A stretch of DNA of 64,000 nt from an uncultured delta proteobacterium (GTDB lineage: Bacteria > Desulfobacterota > Binatia > UBA9968): NCBI GenBank assembly GCA_963840855.1, contig CAWJBB010000062.1, positions 32,001 to 96,000 on the forward strand. Reading direction: 5' to 3'. Position 1 is the first letter of the stretch. The number at the start of each line of letters is the position of its first letter. Below, piece after piece: positions 62,829 to 64,000 of the stretch. Under the pieces are notes generated by a model. It was not told where the DNA came from and did no database searches. It worked only from the letters and a program-made list of their open reading frames with translations. The translations under genes and the position numbers were made by a program.

Positions 62829-64000
62829 CTACTCGGCATACTGGCTATATAAACCCTCGATTTCCTGTTTTACCCGGCTGATTTTCTTGGACAGCTCGTT
62901 GATCTGAGGGAGATTATTACGATTCGCTTCGATCACGAGTTGCTCGTTGTATTTCTTTAGCGCGTTTTCACTTCTCAGGATCTGGGCTTCGAGCTTTTCG
63001 ATTCTTGATCTTTCTCTGCGTTGCGCTTTCTCACGTTCTTTTTTCTGGCTGTAATTATTTAGCGACGTAGGCTTCTTCTGCGCGCCGCTGCCGTTGTTTT
63101 CGTCCTCCCAGCCGATCTTTTCTAAAAACTCGTCATAATCTGAATCGAAGACATCCACTCGGCCGCGGTGAAAGACGATCAGCTTTGTGGCCAGGGCGCG
63201 AAGAATCCGTTCGTTATGGGTGACAATCAATAAAGCGCCGGGAAAGTCTTGCAGGCTCTCGATTAAGGCGTCGATGGATTCCATGTCGAGGTGGTTATTG
63301 GGTTCATCCAATAAAAGCAGATTTGAGGGATGAGCGAGGATCTTGCCCAGGAGGGTTCGACTTTTTTCGCCGCCCGACAACACGGAAACTTTCTTTAGAG
63401 CCAAATCGCCGCCGAACATCATCGTGCCGCAAATGTTGCGCACCTGTGTGCGTGTCAGCGCCGGATTGGTCTGTTCAATTTCCTGTTCGATGGTCAACTT
63501 TGGATTGAGCCGTTGAATGTTGGTTTGGCCGAAGAATCCTAGTTTCATGTCGGGATGAGCCTTGATCTCCCCCGTCACCGGTTTGAGTCCGCCAGACAGT
63601 AGTTTTAACAGAGTCGATTTGCCTTTGCCGTTGTTGCCGATCACGCCGAATCTGTCGCGCGCGTTGATGGTCAGATTAATACGCCGAAACAAAGGATTGT
63701 CGGGCGTGTAGCCGAACGAAATATTGCGCGCCTCAAGCAAGGTTTTGGCGGCAAAGGCGGCGTGTCTGAATTCGAAATCCAAACACTCGATATCGGTTAG
63801 CCCGTCGAGTTTGGGGAGTTTTTCGAGCATCTTGATGCGCGACTGAACCATTTTGGCTTTTGCAGCCTGTGCTCGAAACCGATTGATAAAGGCCTCGGCG
63901 TGAGCCCGTTTGCGGTCTTCGTTGGCGCGGGTTTTTTCGTGAATCTCGTCTTCGAGGACGATTTGAGCATATGCTTTGGCGGTGCCGCCCTCGAATTTGC
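62829..64000 (-). CDS. ABC-F family ATPase (5' end outside the window)
   Basis: Linker FINRFRAQAAKAKMVQSRIK, GNNGKGKST, LSGGEK, LLLDEP.NHLD, C-terminal coiled coil; frame open to the window edge. Confidence 0.93.
   Translation of the reverse strand, partial: KFEGGTAKAYAQIVLEDEIHEKTRANEDRKRAHAEAFINRFRAQAAKAKMVQSRIKMLEKLPKLDGLTDIECLDFEFRHAAFAAKTLLEARNISFGYTPDNPLFRRINLTINARDRFGVIGNNGKGKSTLLKLLSGGLKPVTGEIKAHPDMKLGFFGQTNIQRLNPKLTIEQEIEQTNPALTRTQVRNICGTMMFGGDLALKKVSVLSGGEKSRTLLGKILAHPSNLLLLDEPNNHLDMESIDALIESLQDFPGALLIVTHNERILRALATKLIVFHRGRVDVFDSDYDEFLEKIGWEDENNGSGAQKKPTSLNNYSQKKEREKAQRRERSRIEKLEAQILRSENALKKYNEQLVIEANRNNLPQINELSKKISRVKQEIEGLYSQYAE

Overview
A gene-dense, GC-rich bacterial chromosomal segment near the partitioning locus. 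The gene content (atp operon lacking the a/c subunits, bactofilin before atpF, orphan substrate-binding proteins, amidohydrolases, CoA transferases, cupins) resembles a deltaproteobacteria-like organism, possibly Candidatus Binatia (inference only). Core genes: atpF'/F/H/A/G/D/C and mnmE-mnmG-parA-parB with two parS sites but no rsmG or dnaA. Accessory genes cover aromatic/organic catabolism and stress. Mobile DNA: a 1.9-kb IS with TIRs and a near-perfect 9-bp TSD carrying a small Cys/His accessory gene, a 132-bp MITE nested in a REP-like hairpin, an IS91-like relic, and many short degenerate tandem-repeat patches. Best candidates for undescribed biology: (1) a bicupin plus EutA-like ASKHA ATPase directly after atpC with no eutBC in the window; (2) a structured, possibly pseudoknotted 5' leader before an uncharacterised tandem-cupin gene; (3) the trehalose TPS/TPP gene flanked by two diverged copies of the msrA 3' end; (4) a secreted acetamidase/formamidase coupled to a metal SBP and an extended permease with no ATPase; (5) a structured intergenic RNA candidate with a terminator upstream of mnmE. 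All calls were made by eye; no searches or folding programs were run.
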